Shown here: piece by piece, positions 1 to 8,876 of the stretch
Layout: each line of letters opens with the position of its first letter
Position numbering within the stretch: position 1 is the stretch's first letter
Notes under the pieces: model-generated
What the model was told of the DNA's origin: nothing
Databases searched by the model: none
The model's input: only the letters and a program-made list of their open reading frames with translations
Made by a program: the position numbers and the translations under genes
From: Rickettsiales bacterium
GTDB lineage: Bacteria > Pseudomonadota > Alphaproteobacteria > Rickettsiales > UBA3002
Assembly (NCBI GenBank): GCA_027489915.1
Contig: JAIXZB010000023.1
Location: 7,854 to 31,853 of the forward strand
Reading direction: 5' to 3'
Length of the DNA: 24,000 bases

Positions 1-197
1 CCCGATATGAGCTGCGTGGTCGCGGTTTTGCCTTTGAAATGGTTGGTGGCAACAGCGCGTGCAATCATGCCCCCATTGGCCTTATCGAGCGCAGCAAGCA
101 GCCCTGAAAAGGACAACGCATCGCTTACGAAAAATACTGCGGCAGTGCCAGCGCTGGATTTAGAAGCAGGGCTTGCAGCAAAAGAGATGGAGAGCAT
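1..197 (-). CDS. pepA: Leucyl aminopeptidase (M17, PepA) N-terminal fragment; runs off the left edge
   Basis: Absent from the ORF track because it is open at the window edge. The reverse complement of 1-197 translates to MLSISFAASPASKSSAGTAAVFFVSDALSFSGLLAALDKANGGMIARAVATNHFKGKTATTQLIS. This fits the usual PepA N-terminal pattern (LDKA.GG.I.RA....F.GK......L). GAGG lies 4 nt upstream of the ATG at 197-195. Divergent pepA/lptF is the classical arrangement. Confidence 0.6.
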   Translation of the reverse strand, partial: MLSISFAASPASKSSAGTAAVFFVSDALSFSGLLAALDKANGGMIARAVATNHFKGKTATTQLIS

Positions 198-224
198 AAA
201 ACCTCGAAAAATTAGGGTGAAATC

Positions 225-253
225 TTGCCCGCAGCATAGCAAACATTTGTAAT
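225..253 (+). promoter_or_regulatory. Candidate sigma70-type promoter for lptFG in the pepA/lptF divergent region
   Basis: TTGCCC (225-230), a 17-nt spacer, then TGTAAT (248-253), about 55 nt upstream of the lptF ATG. Other weaker hexamer pairs exist in 198-306, so the choice is uncertain. Confidence 0.25.
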
Positions 254-306
254 TCTACAAGCATTGTCATGTAATGTGCGCGCTGAGTAATTTAGTGGCA
301 TGATGC

Positions 307-1458
307 ATGCTGTGGCGCTATAACAGCCCGATGCAACGCTATATTCTATATCTCATGCAGCATCTTGCGTGGCCAAGTCTGGTCATCACCGCAAGTCTGA
401 CGGGTATTATCTGGCTGACGCAGGCGCTGCGCTTTATTGATTTCATGCTGAGCCGCGGATTATCGGCGGGGGATTTTCTCTATCTCACCGGTCTTATGGT
501 GCCATCGCTACTGCTGATTATCATCCCCATCGCGTTGCTGCTTGCGGTGCTATATGTGTATAATAGGCTGATGGGCGATAGTGAGCTGATTGTATTTTCA
601 GCCGTGGGGGTAAGCCGCATGCAGCTTGCACTTCCTGTGATTGCAGTGGCAAGCATTGCAATGCTGTTCACTTTTATCATCTCGCTCTATTTAATGCCGC
701 TTGCGAACCAGAAATTTCGCGATATTCGGGTGTTTTTCCGCGATCAGTATGCTTCGGTGCTGCTTGAGGAAAATGTGTTTAATACTCCCATTGATGGACT
801 CACTGTGTTTGTGCGTGAGCGTTTGAATGATGGCATCATGCGCGGCATTCTCATTCAGGATAACCGTGATTCCGCACATGTGATAACCATGATGGCAGAA
901 GAGGGAAAACTGGTACAATCGGCGACTGGCCCACGTTTTTTGCTCAAACAAGGACAGCGTCAGGAACTTAATACTGGCAAAGCGAATATCAGTTGGCTTT
1001 CGTTTGAAGATTATGCGCTTGATATTGCGTTTTATGCCAATGCGATTGAGCGCAAACGCGATGCGGATGAGCGCACGCTGGGACAGTTATTTGATACCAA
1101 AGATATACCGCCTGAGGAAATCCCTGTATTCCGCGCGGAAGCGCATCAGCGCATTACTTGGCCGATATACACGCTGGCGCTACCGCTGTTTGTGTTGGCA
1201 ACGTTGATGTCGAGCCAGTTTAATCGCAGGGGGCAATGGAAGCGGATTGTGTTTGCTGCGGTGATGGCAATTGTTATTGTGCTCATTGCATTTTCGCTGC
1301 GCAACATTGCGGTGCGCCACCCTTGGGCGATTGGACTGATGTATACATTATCGCTCGGCACGATTGCGGGTTCGCTTGCAGTGCTTAAAAGCGGCAAATT
1401 TATTCATGTCCCGTGGGCGGATATTCGCTACCTCTGGCAGCAGAAGGTGGCCTCATGA
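307..1458 (+). CDS. lptF: LPS export ABC transporter permease LptF (YjgP/YjgQ family)
   Basis: 383-aa ORF. It has the YjgP/YjgQ-type layout: N-terminal TM helices, a central periplasmic domain and C-terminal TM helices. It pairs with lptG through an ATGA overlap and sits divergent from pepA. The start could instead be the ATG at 331 (MQRYILYL...). Confidence 0.85.
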   Translation: MLWRYNSPMQRYILYLMQHLAWPSLVITASLTGIIWLTQALRFIDFMLSRGLSAGDFLYLTGLMVPSLLLIIIPIALLLAVLYVYNRLMGDSELIVFSAVGVSRMQLALPVIAVASIAMLFTFIISLYLMPLANQKFRDIRVFFRDQYASVLLEENVFNTPIDGLTVFVRERLNDGIMRGILIQDNRDSAHVITMMAEEGKLVQSATGPRFLLKQGQRQELNTGKANISWLSFEDYALDIAFYANAIERKRDADERTLGQLFDTKDIPPEEIPVFRAEAHQRITWPIYTLALPLFVLATLMSSQFNRRGQWKRIVFAAVMAIVIVLIAFSLRNIAVRHPWAIGLMYTLSLGTIAGSLAVLKSGKFIHVPWADIRYLWQQKVAS

Positions 1459-2579
1459 AGCTGCCCATCACGTTATCGCTCTATATCGGGCGGCAATTTT
1501 TCTCGGCGATTGCTTACACGTTGCTTGTAATTTTTGTGCTGATTGGCCTGATTCAGCTGATTGATATGGTGCGCGAAGCATCGCAGGTGCAAGGCGGTAT
1601 TCCATTCGCAACGGTAGTAGAAATGGCACTGCTTAGGCTGCCGCTTGCGGTCAATAAAACCTACCCGTTTGCAATTCTGATTGGCGGTATGATAACCCTC
1701 TCGCGTTTGACACGTAGCCATGAGTTGATTGTGGCGCGCGCAGCAGGGGTTTCGGCATGGCAGTTTCTAATGCCTGGTGTGGCAGCCGCACTGCTGATTG
1801 GGTGCATTATTGTGCTGGTGCTAAGCCCGCTTTCCGCCTCGATGCTTAAGCGGTTTGATACGCTAGAGAAACGCTACATCACCAAGCGTGAAAGTATCCT
1901 GACTATTTCGCCATCTGGTTTGTGGCTTCGGCAGGTGGAACGTACGCCGATAGTGTTTAACGGCACGCAAATTAGCGAGTATATTTTGCATGCGCGCTAC
2001 ATTGAGCAGAATACCCTGAATCTGCAGGGGGTTATCTTTTTTATGTTTGATGCGAATAAGAAATTTATTGGCCGCATTGACGGGGATTCGGGCACCTTGA
2101 CGGATGGAAAATGGACCGTGAATGGAGCGCGTATTTCCACAGCGGGATTGCCCACTGTAACGCAGCCTTCCTACACACTGATGACCGATTTATCGATCGC
2201 ACAAATTCAGGATTCGTTTGCTGATCCGCAAACCCTATCCTTCTGGCAGTTGCCAGGGTTTATTCGTATTCTGGAAAGCTCGGGATTTCCTGCATTGCGG
2301 CATAAGTTATTTTTGTATTCGCAACTGGCGTTGCCGCTGCTGCTTGCGGGCATGGTGCTGATTGGTGCGTTATTTTCGCTCAGCCTTCCGCGCAGGGGCC
2401 GCACAGGGGTGATGATTGTGTTTGGTATCATCACAGGATTTACGTTTTATTTTCTCTCGAATCTGGTCTATGCGTTCGGTGCTTCGGGAAGCCTTCCTCC
2501 GTGGCTTGCCGCATGGGCGCCATCGCTGGTCGCGATGATGGCGGGAGCCGCGCTTTTGCTGCACTACGAGGATGGTTAA
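1455..2579 (+). CDS. lptG: LPS export ABC transporter permease LptG
   Basis: The ORF track starts at 1413. I place the start at the ATG at 1455 (MKLPITLSLYIGRQF...), which overlaps the lptF stop (ATGA) and follows AAGGTGG. It is a YjgP/YjgQ-family paralog of the preceding gene. Confidence 0.85.
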   Translation: MKLPITLSLYIGRQFFSAIAYTLLVIFVLIGLIQLIDMVREASQVQGGIPFATVVEMALLRLPLAVNKTYPFAILIGGMITLSRLTRSHELIVARAAGVSAWQFLMPGVAAALLIGCIIVLVLSPLSASMLKRFDTLEKRYITKRESILTISPSGLWLRQVERTPIVFNGTQISEYILHARYIEQNTLNLQGVIFFMFDANKKFIGRIDGDSGTLTDGKWTVNGARISTAGLPTVTQPSYTLMTDLSIAQIQDSFADPQTLSFWQLPGFIRILESSGFPALRHKLFLYSQLALPLLLAGMVLIGALFSLSLPRRGRTGVMIVFGIITGFTFYFLSNLVYAFGASGSLPPWLAAWAPSLVAMMAGAALLLHYEDG

Positions 2580-2625
2580 CCGCGTAAGCCTAAAAACACA
2601 GATTATTCCATTGAAGTGAAGTGCT

Positions 2626-2651
2626 TAGAACGCTAGAACCATTAGGTTCTA
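2626..2651 (+). repeat. TAGAAC half-site triplet and hairpin in the lptG-lptD spacer
   Basis: TAGAAC (2626-2631), gc, then TAGAACC (2634-2640), atta, then GGTTCTA (2645-2651). That is a perfect 7-bp inverted repeat with a 4-nt loop plus a third direct copy. No U-tract follows. Function unknown; it could be an operator or an RNA hairpin. Confidence 0.5.
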
Positions 2652-2679
2652 TTACAACATACTCAAAAACTTCGCTCGG

Positions 2680-4869
2680 ATGACCCCTCAGATACGTGCA
2701 AATGCTAGGTTGCTACTGGCCTTGTTGATGGTGATATCAGCAAGCTCTGCGTATGCACAGGCGCCAGCAACGGCATTTGCCAACCCAACCCCTCCGAGCT
2801 TTGCTGCTCCTGAAATCAATACCGATGCGCCCGTGAACCTCGAAGCGGACCGCATGGGCTATGATCAGGATAAACGCATTGTGGTGGCTGAGGGCAATGT
2901 GGAAGTGGTGCAAGGCGATTACATCGTGCGTGCCGATCAGCTGACCTATTACCAGAATGATAATCTGGTGCGTGCGGACGGCAATGTGAGCGTGCTGCAA
3001 CCCACGGGGGATGTGTATTTTGCCGACCATGTGGAACTTACAGGCGATATGAAATCGGGTGTAGTGCAGCGCTTTTCTGCCCGTCTTGCGGATAATTCGG
3101 TGGTGGCAGCCAATGAAGCCGTGCGCGTGAACCCCGCAGTGACAAAAATGACCAAGGCCGTCTATTCGCCGTGCGACTTGTGTGAGAACGAAGACCCGTT
3201 CTGGCAGCTTAAAGCGAGTAAGGTGAAGGTGGATAACATCGATGAGACCGTAACTTACCGCGATGCCACGTTGGAGATGGGCGGAGTACCTGTGTTTTAC
3301 ACCCCGTATTTCTCGCACCCCACACCCGATGCGGGTCCGAAGAATGGATTTTTGGTGCCCGAATATTCGCAAAGCAGTAATTTGGGCACGATGGTGCGCG
3401 TGCCGTATTATTGGCGTTTAAGCCCCGATAAAGAGCTGACACTCACACCGTGGTACACCACCAAAGAAGGCCCGCTTTTGCAGGGGCTCTATGAACAGGT
3501 GACGGATAACGGAGCCTATTCACTCGATTTCAGCGGCACATTCCCCGAGGAGCTGGATGCCAGCGGAAACCCGATTGGCAGCAATCAATTCCGTGGCTAC
3601 GTGTTCGCCAAGGGGCAGGAAAATATCAGCCCTTACGCGCGTTATGGGTTTGATGTGCAGCGCTCGAGCGATGATACATATCTACGCCGTTATGGTTTTG
3701 GTAGTCAGTTTTCGCTCACCTCACGGGCGTATGCGGAAGCAGCGCAAGACCGCAATTATGCACTAGGTGAAACGATTCTGTTTCAGGGATTGCGGGTGGA
3801 TGATGACCCATCCAAAACACCGCGTATCCTGCCAAGCCTAAGTGGCTATTATGAAACCGAGCCAATGGCACATGGTGCGCGGCTTTATGCCAGCGGAAAC
3901 CTGCAGAACCTGACGCGACCAGAGGAGGCCACCTATCAACGTGCAAGCATGACGACGGGAACAAAAATTCCGCTCGTAACGGAAGGCGGCCATGTATTTG
4001 AAGCGGGCGCCGAAATGCGCGCCGATGCCTATTCGGTAAGCGATGTGAGTGTCAATAACGGCACCAGCACGTTTGAGGGCGAGAAATACCGCGCTGTGCC
4101 GCAAGCCTCGCTTTCATGGCGCTATCCGTTAATTACGCAGGTAAGCGATGCGAGCCTTACAGTGGAGCCTATCACCGTGGCGGTTGCGCAACCTAATGGT
4201 GGCAACCCACAAGAAATTCCTAATGAAGATAATCGCGTGGTGGAGCTTACTGACACCAATATTTTTGCCACCAACCGTATGCCAGGATATGACACGGTGG
4301 ATAGCGGCAGCCGTGTGGCATATGGGATGCGCTCGCAGATGCTGTATGCAAAAGGGCAATCGATAGATGCACTCATTGGGCAGAGCTACAACGTATCGGA
4401 AACGCCGTTTCCTAACTCGCGCATACTTGGCGAAGAATTTTCAGATTACATTGGCAGGGTTGGATTTACCTATGCGCCTATTACGGTGACGTACAGATTC
4501 GCGGTGGATCAGAATAGTTTTGAAGCCTCGCGCAATGAACTATGGACGACTTACGCCGATGAAAGATTGCAACTTACCGCAGCGTATCTGACCATTGAAA
4601 ACAGCCCGTATGTAAGCAACAGCGAAGAAGTGCTTGCAAATGCCTTCCTGAGGGTTTCCGATGAATGGCGAATATATGGCAATGCAAGGCGTGATATTAT
4701 GAACAATGCAATGGTATCGGCAGCAAACGGCGTCATTTATGAAAATGAATGTTTCAGTTTCTTGACCCAGTTGCAGCGTACCTATACGCGTGACCGTGAT
4801 ATTGAGCCTTCCACCGAAGTCTCGCTTCGTGTCGGGTTCAAGAACTTTGGCGAATTTGGTAATAACTGA
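2680..4869 (+). CDS. lptD: LPS-assembly outer-membrane protein LptD (OstA)
   Basis: 729 aa with a Sec signal peptide (..ISASSAYAQA). It has an OstA-like N-terminal domain (LEADRMGYDQDKRIVVAEGNVEVVQGDYIVRADQLTY...) and a long beta-barrel-type C-terminal region. It sits immediately upstream of surA, as in the canonical lptD-surA cluster. Confidence 0.9.
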   Translation: MTPQIRANARLLLALLMVISASSAYAQAPATAFANPTPPSFAAPEINTDAPVNLEADRMGYDQDKRIVVAEGNVEVVQGDYIVRADQLTYYQNDNLVRADGNVSVLQPTGDVYFADHVELTGDMKSGVVQRFSARLADNSVVAANEAVRVNPAVTKMTKAVYSPCDLCENEDPFWQLKASKVKVDNIDETVTYRDATLEMGGVPVFYTPYFSHPTPDAGPKNGFLVPEYSQSSNLGTMVRVPYYWRLSPDKELTLTPWYTTKEGPLLQGLYEQVTDNGAYSLDFSGTFPEELDASGNPIGSNQFRGYVFAKGQENISPYARYGFDVQRSSDDTYLRRYGFGSQFSLTSRAYAEAAQDRNYALGETILFQGLRVDDDPSKTPRILPSLSGYYETEPMAHGARLYASGNLQNLTRPEEATYQRASMTTGTKIPLVTEGGHVFEAGAEMRADAYSVSDVSVNNGTSTFEGEKYRAVPQASLSWRYPLITQVSDASLTVEPITVAVAQPNGGNPQEIPNEDNRVVELTDTNIFATNRMPGYDTVDSGSRVAYGMRSQMLYAKGQSIDALIGQSYNVSETPFPNSRILGEEFSDYIGRVGFTYAPITVTYRFAVDQNSFEASRNELWTTYADERLQLTAAYLTIENSPYVSNSEEVLANAFLRVSDEWRIYGNARRDIMNNAMVSAANGVIYENECFSFLTQLQRTYTRDRDIEPSTEVSLRVGFKNFGEFGNN

Positions 4870-6191
4870 TGGATGAGAGCATGAAGCAGCTAATGAAGTC
4901 ACTAATGCTGGCAGCGACACTGATGAGCAGTGCAGCGGTTGCTGCTGAAGCACCGCCTATTCCGAAGGTGGTGCAGTTGCCTTACGCCCGCCCGATGAGC
5001 ATTGCTGCGGTGGTCAATGATGATGTGATAACCTCGCAGGATGTAGAAGACCGTGCACTATTGGTGATGGCGCTTACGGGGGCTGGAAAAACACCCGAAG
5101 ATCGCGCCCGCCTTATCAGCTCCACATTGGGCAGCCTGATTGATGAAACCTTGCAGTTTCAGGAGGCCGAACGCCAATCGGTGAAAGTGACGGATAAAGA
5201 TATTGAAGGAGCTATGGCAGGGATTGAGAAAGCACGTGGCAGACCGCCCGGAAGCTTGCTGGGTTTTGTCGAAAAAGCAGGGCTTTCCAAGGAATCTATC
5301 AAGCGCCAGTTTAAAGCGCAGATTGCATGGAGCCGCGCGGTGACACGCAAAATTCGTCGCACGGTGAACGTAACCGATGCCGAAATTGCCCGCGCGCAAC
5401 AAGCAGCCCTAACTCCGCGCGATGTGCCGCAGGTGCTTATCAGTGCGCTGTCGATCCCGCTTTTGACCCCCAAGGATGAACCAAGAGTGGCGGCACTTGC
5501 TAAGTCGCTCGGCGATAGATTGCGCGCAGGGGAAAGCTTTGAATCCATCGCCCGCAGCAATGCGAATAACAAGGATGTGATTATTGTTCCGACATTGTGG
5601 GTCGATGAATCGAAGCTGGAGCTTGGCATTGCGCAGGCCTTGCGTGGGGTAGAAAAGGGCGGGTTCACACAGCCTATTCGCTCACAGGAAACCTACCAGA
5701 TCATTCGCCTGCTCGACAGACGCGCAGTGCCGCCTGTGAGCCCTAAAACCGAAGTGGCGGTGAAACAGATGCAGCTATCGCTTTTACCAACTGCGCCGAT
5801 AAGTGAAATCGATGCGCTGATGCAAATCGCCAAAGACGTGCAGCAAAACCCTGGAAGCTGCGGCGAGAAAGGCATTGCAGGCATTGAGAGTTTTGATGGG
5901 CTTGATATTCGGGTGAATTATGTGCGCTCGACCTTTGAAGCCATGACGAATGAAATGCGCAGCCTAGTGATTCCGATGGGTGTGGGTGATGTTTCGGTGC
6001 CATATGCCACGCAAAAAGGGCTTGAGCTGTTGATGCTGTGCGAAAAAATTGAGGCGCCTTTGCCCTTACCAAACCGCGATCAGGTGAAAGAGAAAATCTT
6101 TGCTGAACGCGCGGAATTGGAATCGTCACGGATGCTGCGTAACCTGAAGCGCGATGCATTTATCGAGATAAAATCAGGTAAGCAAGAGTGA
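4869..6191 (+). CDS. surA: Periplasmic chaperone / parvulin-type PPIase SurA
   Basis: 440 aa with signal peptide MKSLMLAATLMSSAAVAAEA. It has a SurA_N-like segment (IAAVVNDDVITSQDVEDRALL...) and a parvulin-like region, and lies in the conserved position after lptD. The start is ambiguous (ATG at 4869 overlapping the lptD TGA, or ATG at 4881). Confidence 0.8.
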   Translation: MDESMKQLMKSLMLAATLMSSAAVAAEAPPIPKVVQLPYARPMSIAAVVNDDVITSQDVEDRALLVMALTGAGKTPEDRARLISSTLGSLIDETLQFQEAERQSVKVTDKDIEGAMAGIEKARGRPPGSLLGFVEKAGLSKESIKRQFKAQIAWSRAVTRKIRRTVNVTDAEIARAQQAALTPRDVPQVLISALSIPLLTPKDEPRVAALAKSLGDRLRAGESFESIARSNANNKDVIIVPTLWVDESKLELGIAQALRGVEKGGFTQPIRSQETYQIIRLLDRRAVPPVSPKTEVAVKQMQLSLLPTAPISEIDALMQIAKDVQQNPGSCGEKGIAGIESFDGLDIRVNYVRSTFEAMTNEMRSLVIPMGVGDVSVPYATQKGLELLMLCEKIEAPLPLPNRDQVKEKIFAERAELESSRMLRNLKRDAFIEIKSGKQE

Positions 6192-7006
6192 CGCTGCTTA
6201 CGATAAAAGAAACCATCGATTTTTACGGGCTGGCGACCAAAAAATCGCTCGGCCAGCATTTTCTGCTGGATAGTAACATCACCACCCGCATCGCCCGCGC
6301 GGCGGGACATTTGGCAGGTGTGACGGTGATTGAAATTGGCCCTGGCCCTGGTGGGCTAACACGCGCCTTGCTGGAATCGGATGCAGCACGGGTGATTGCG
6401 ATTGAAAAAGATGCGCGCTGTATAGCGGCGTTAGCACCCCTGCAGGCACATTTCGGTGCACGGTTTACCTTGATAGAAGAGGATGCGTTGCGCATATCGC
6501 CGCAGCAATTATGCGAGGGGCCACGCGCGATTGTGGCCAACCTACCTTATAATGTGGGCACCGAGCTGGTGACGCGCTGGATAAGTGAATTGTACCATGA
6601 TGCCACTGCATACCAGTCTATCACCGTGATGCTGCAACGCGAGGTAGCAGAGCGTTTGAGTGCTATACGCGGCGGCAAGGATTACGGCAGATTATCGGTG
6701 CTTACACAGGCGATTTGCAGCGCACAAGGATTGCTGGAATTACCCCCTGGTGCGTTTTCACCGCCGCCGAAAGTGACCTCAACGGTGATTCAGCTAAAAC
6801 CCAAACCCCGTGCGGAGTTTGATTTGAATGCGCTGGAGCGTGTAACCAAAGCGGCGTTTGGCAACCGCCGCAAAATGCTGCGCCAATCGCTTAAGAGCCT
6901 ACGAGTGGATGCAGAAAGCTGGTGCGAATCACATGGCATTGCTCCGACTGAACGTGCTGAGCAATTAACGGTGGAGCAGTTTATTATGCTCGCCAATGCA
7001 CTATAA
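6188..7006 (+). CDS. rsmA: 16S rRNA (adenine1518/1519-N6)-dimethyltransferase RsmA/KsgA
   Basis: 272 aa with LGQHFL, the SAM-binding motif VIEIGPGPGGLT, and NLPYNV. The GTG start overlaps the surA stop (GTGA). Confidence 0.9.
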   Translation: MTLLTIKETIDFYGLATKKSLGQHFLLDSNITTRIARAAGHLAGVTVIEIGPGPGGLTRALLESDAARVIAIEKDARCIAALAPLQAHFGARFTLIEEDALRISPQQLCEGPRAIVANLPYNVGTELVTRWISELYHDATAYQSITVMLQREVAERLSAIRGGKDYGRLSVLTQAICSAQGLLELPPGAFSPPPKVTSTVIQLKPKPRAEFDLNALERVTKAAFGNRRKMLRQSLKSLRVDAESWCESHGIAPTERAEQLTVEQFIMLANAL

Positions 7007-7017
7007 ACTAGAACAAC

Positions 7018-7665
7018 TCAGCTCTTACACAATGTATCGATAAAGCCGTTCAGTGTGGTTTGGCGTGAGCGTTTGACGCGTTCGGCCTCTAAGATATGGA
7101 CGATGCGCGCAAGTGTTGCATCGAGATCGGTGTTGACGACCACGTAATCATATTCCGCCCAATGGCTGATTTCGGCTTCGGCTTTACTCATGCGTTTTTG
7201 CACGACTTCTTCGCTATCCTGTGCGCGGGTACGCAGGCGTCGCTCCAACTCGCTGAGCGAGGGGGGGAGAATGAACACGCTGACCAAATCTTCGCGACAC
7301 GCTGCAGCAAGCTGGCGTGTGCCCTGCCAATCGATATCGAATAATACATCGACCCCTTTTTCAAGCGATTCCATGACGGGGCCGCGTGGGGTGCCATAGC
7401 GGTAATCGAATACGGTGGCATGCTCGAGCAGGTCGTTTTGTGCCACCATGCTGTGATAGGTATCATCGCTGATGAAATAGTAATCCTTGCCATCGATTTC
7501 GCCCGGGCGCATGGCGCGGGTAGTAACAGACACAGACAAAGTGAGCCCCGGATGGGAGGCAAGCAAGCGGCGCGAAAGAGTGGTTTTACCCGCACCTGAA
7601 GGCGAGGAAAGCACAAACATGAAACCACGACGGTGGCCAGTATCACATAAAGCGGGAGTGGGCAC
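7018..7665 (-). CDS. gmk: Guanylate kinase
   Basis: 215 aa with P-loop SSPSGAGKTTL, then TTRAMRPGEIDGKDYYF and DIDWQG. The start could also be the internal Met at 7620. Confidence 0.9.
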   Translation of the reverse strand: MPTPALCDTGHRRGFMFVLSSPSGAGKTTLSRRLLASHPGLTLSVSVTTRAMRPGEIDGKDYYFISDDTYHSMVAQNDLLEHATVFDYRYGTPRGPVMESLEKGVDVLFDIDWQGTRQLAAACREDLVSVFILPPSLSELERRLRTRAQDSEEVVQKRMSKAEAEISHWAEYDYVVVNTDLDATLARIVHILEAERVKRSRQTTLNGFIDTLCKS

Positions 7666-7732
7666 AGAACAACCTTTCTATGCGAAGCGAGTATAGAGGT
7701 GTTTATGCGGTGTGACTAGCAGTAAAAAACGC

Positions 7733-8161
7733 CTAACGCAGAAATTCGAGCAGTTTTTTCTGGCTTACCTGAACGGTGACTTGCTGCGGCTTCGCATGGG
7801 TAAAATGAAGTATGGCTTTGAATCTGTCGCCTTCTTTGAGGGGGCGTGTGAGCTTGTAAAGCATGATATGCAGCCCGCGTGGTTCGAGTGTTACCTTGGT
7901 ATTTGCTGGCAGGGGAATCGAATCGAGCTTGCGCATGCGCAGGATGCCATTTTCTTTGAGATGCGTGTGAAGCTCGATGCTTTTTGCTACAGGTGACGTG
8001 ATGGATACAAGCGCATCATCGCTAGTACTGTGCAGTGTTACGTAGGCAACACCAGTGGTAGTGCCAATGAGGGAAGGCGGCGCCCATGCATTCGACACGC
8101 CAACCGCAGCAAAGGCAGGAGAGGCAGCGCAGACACATAACAATGAGATTACAAAACGCAT
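7733..8161 (-). CDS. Periplasmic copper chaperone PCu(A)C (DUF461 family)
   Basis: 142 aa with a Sec signal peptide (..CAASPAFAAV). The PCu(A)C copper motif H-x10-M-x21-H-x-M matches exactly (HTHLKENGILRM, then 21 residues, then HIM). It starts 3 nt after the stop of the SCO1 gene. Confidence 0.8.
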   Translation of the reverse strand: MRFVISLLCVCAASPAFAAVGVSNAWAPPSLIGTTTGVAYVTLHSTSDDALVSITSPVAKSIELHTHLKENGILRMRKLDSIPLPANTKVTLEPRGLHIMLYKLTRPLKEGDRFKAILHFTHAKPQQVTVQVSQKKLLEFLR

Positions 8162-8163
8162 GC

Positions 8164-8757
8164 TTAACGCATAAACTGTTTTAGCTTGTTTGTAAGCTCT
8201 GACTCGGAAATGCCGTGAGAAAAATGGGCGATGTACTTACCACGTGTATCCATGAGATACATGAAGCCTGAGTGATCGATGAGGTAATCTGCGGCGCTAT
8301 CTTGTTGCTCCACACGAGAGTAATACACGCGGTAGGCATTTGCGGCTTCTTTAATTTGCTGCGCGGAACCTGTGAGGCCAACCAGCGTATCGCCAAAATT
8401 GGTAACATATTTGCCGACAGCTTCAGGTGTATCGCGCTCAGGATCGAGTGAAATAAAGATGGGAGCAATGCTCTTTTTCTTCTCACCCAATGCATCGATA
8501 GCGTTTTTCATCACCAGCAATGTGGTAGGGCAAATATCGGGGCAATGGGTGAAGCCAAAATATACCAGCATGTAACGGCCACGAAAATCACTGGCCTGCA
8601 CTTGTTTTCCTGAACCATTTACAAGGCTAAAATCGCCGCCTATCAGCGCATCACCGCCTCCCTGAGGAGGATCAAGTAAGTAGCGCGGGCCCACCAACAC
8701 CAAGAGTGCAGCGAGTGCCAGCGAACAAACCAACCATGAGACCATCGATAAACGCAT
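8164..8757 (-). CDS. SCO1/SenC copper-binding thioredoxin-like protein (cytochrome oxidase CuA assembly)
   Basis: FGFTHCPDICP (CxxxC) plus the downstream DHS histidine (YLIDHSGFMY), with an N-terminal membrane anchor. The ORF track extends to 8922. I trim to the ATG at 8757 (MRLSMVSWLVCSLALAALLVL...) because the extension is Cys/Ser-rich junk that runs through the divergent promoter. Confidence 0.85.
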   Translation of the reverse strand: MRLSMVSWLVCSLALAALLVLVGPRYLLDPPQGGGDALIGGDFSLVNGSGKQVQASDFRGRYMLVYFGFTHCPDICPTTLLVMKNAIDALGEKKKSIAPIFISLDPERDTPEAVGKYVTNFGDTLVGLTGSAQQIKEAANAYRVYYSRVEQQDSAADYLIDHSGFMYLMDTRGKYIAHFSHGISESELTNKLKQFMR

Positions 8758-8824
8758 GCAAGTCACATAGTACTCTGCAACCAGAAGTAAAGTGAAGCTA
8801 TTATGACAATCGCAAGCAGCGCAG

Positions 8825-8853
8825 TTGATTGTAATGCTAAAATGCGGTATAAT
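8825..8853 (+). promoter_or_regulatory. Near-consensus sigma70-type promoter
   Basis: TTGATT (8825-8830), a 17-nt spacer, then TATAAT (8848-8853), 24 nt upstream of the ATG at 8877. Confidence 0.4.
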
Positions 8854-8876
8854 AAAAGAAAAAGACCAACTAGACG

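Noticed and set aside
7-252. 81-aa + strand ORF at the left edge
   Set aside because: It lies antisense to a much more convincing PepA N-terminus with its own GAGG-ATG start (1-197, minus strand). Its Ala/Ser/Leu-rich composition is typical of a shadow ORF.
2634-2651. The 7-bp hairpin between lptG and lptD read as an intrinsic terminator
   Set aside because: The stem is short and only moderately GC-rich, and it is followed by ATTACAAC rather than a U-tract. I keep it as an inverted and direct repeat of unknown, possibly operator, function.
2737-3372. 211-aa antisense ORF inside lptD. The same applies to 14798-15499 (+) and 14988-15527 (-) inside ribD, 16847-17689 (+) and 17116-17523 (-) inside glyA, 5159-5668 (-) in surA, and 7188-7646 (-) in gmk.
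   Set aside because: All lie within confidently identified genes. They have Arg/His/Cys/Ser-rich, low-information translations typical of off-frame or antisense reading of GC-biased coding DNA. None has a motif or plausible start context.
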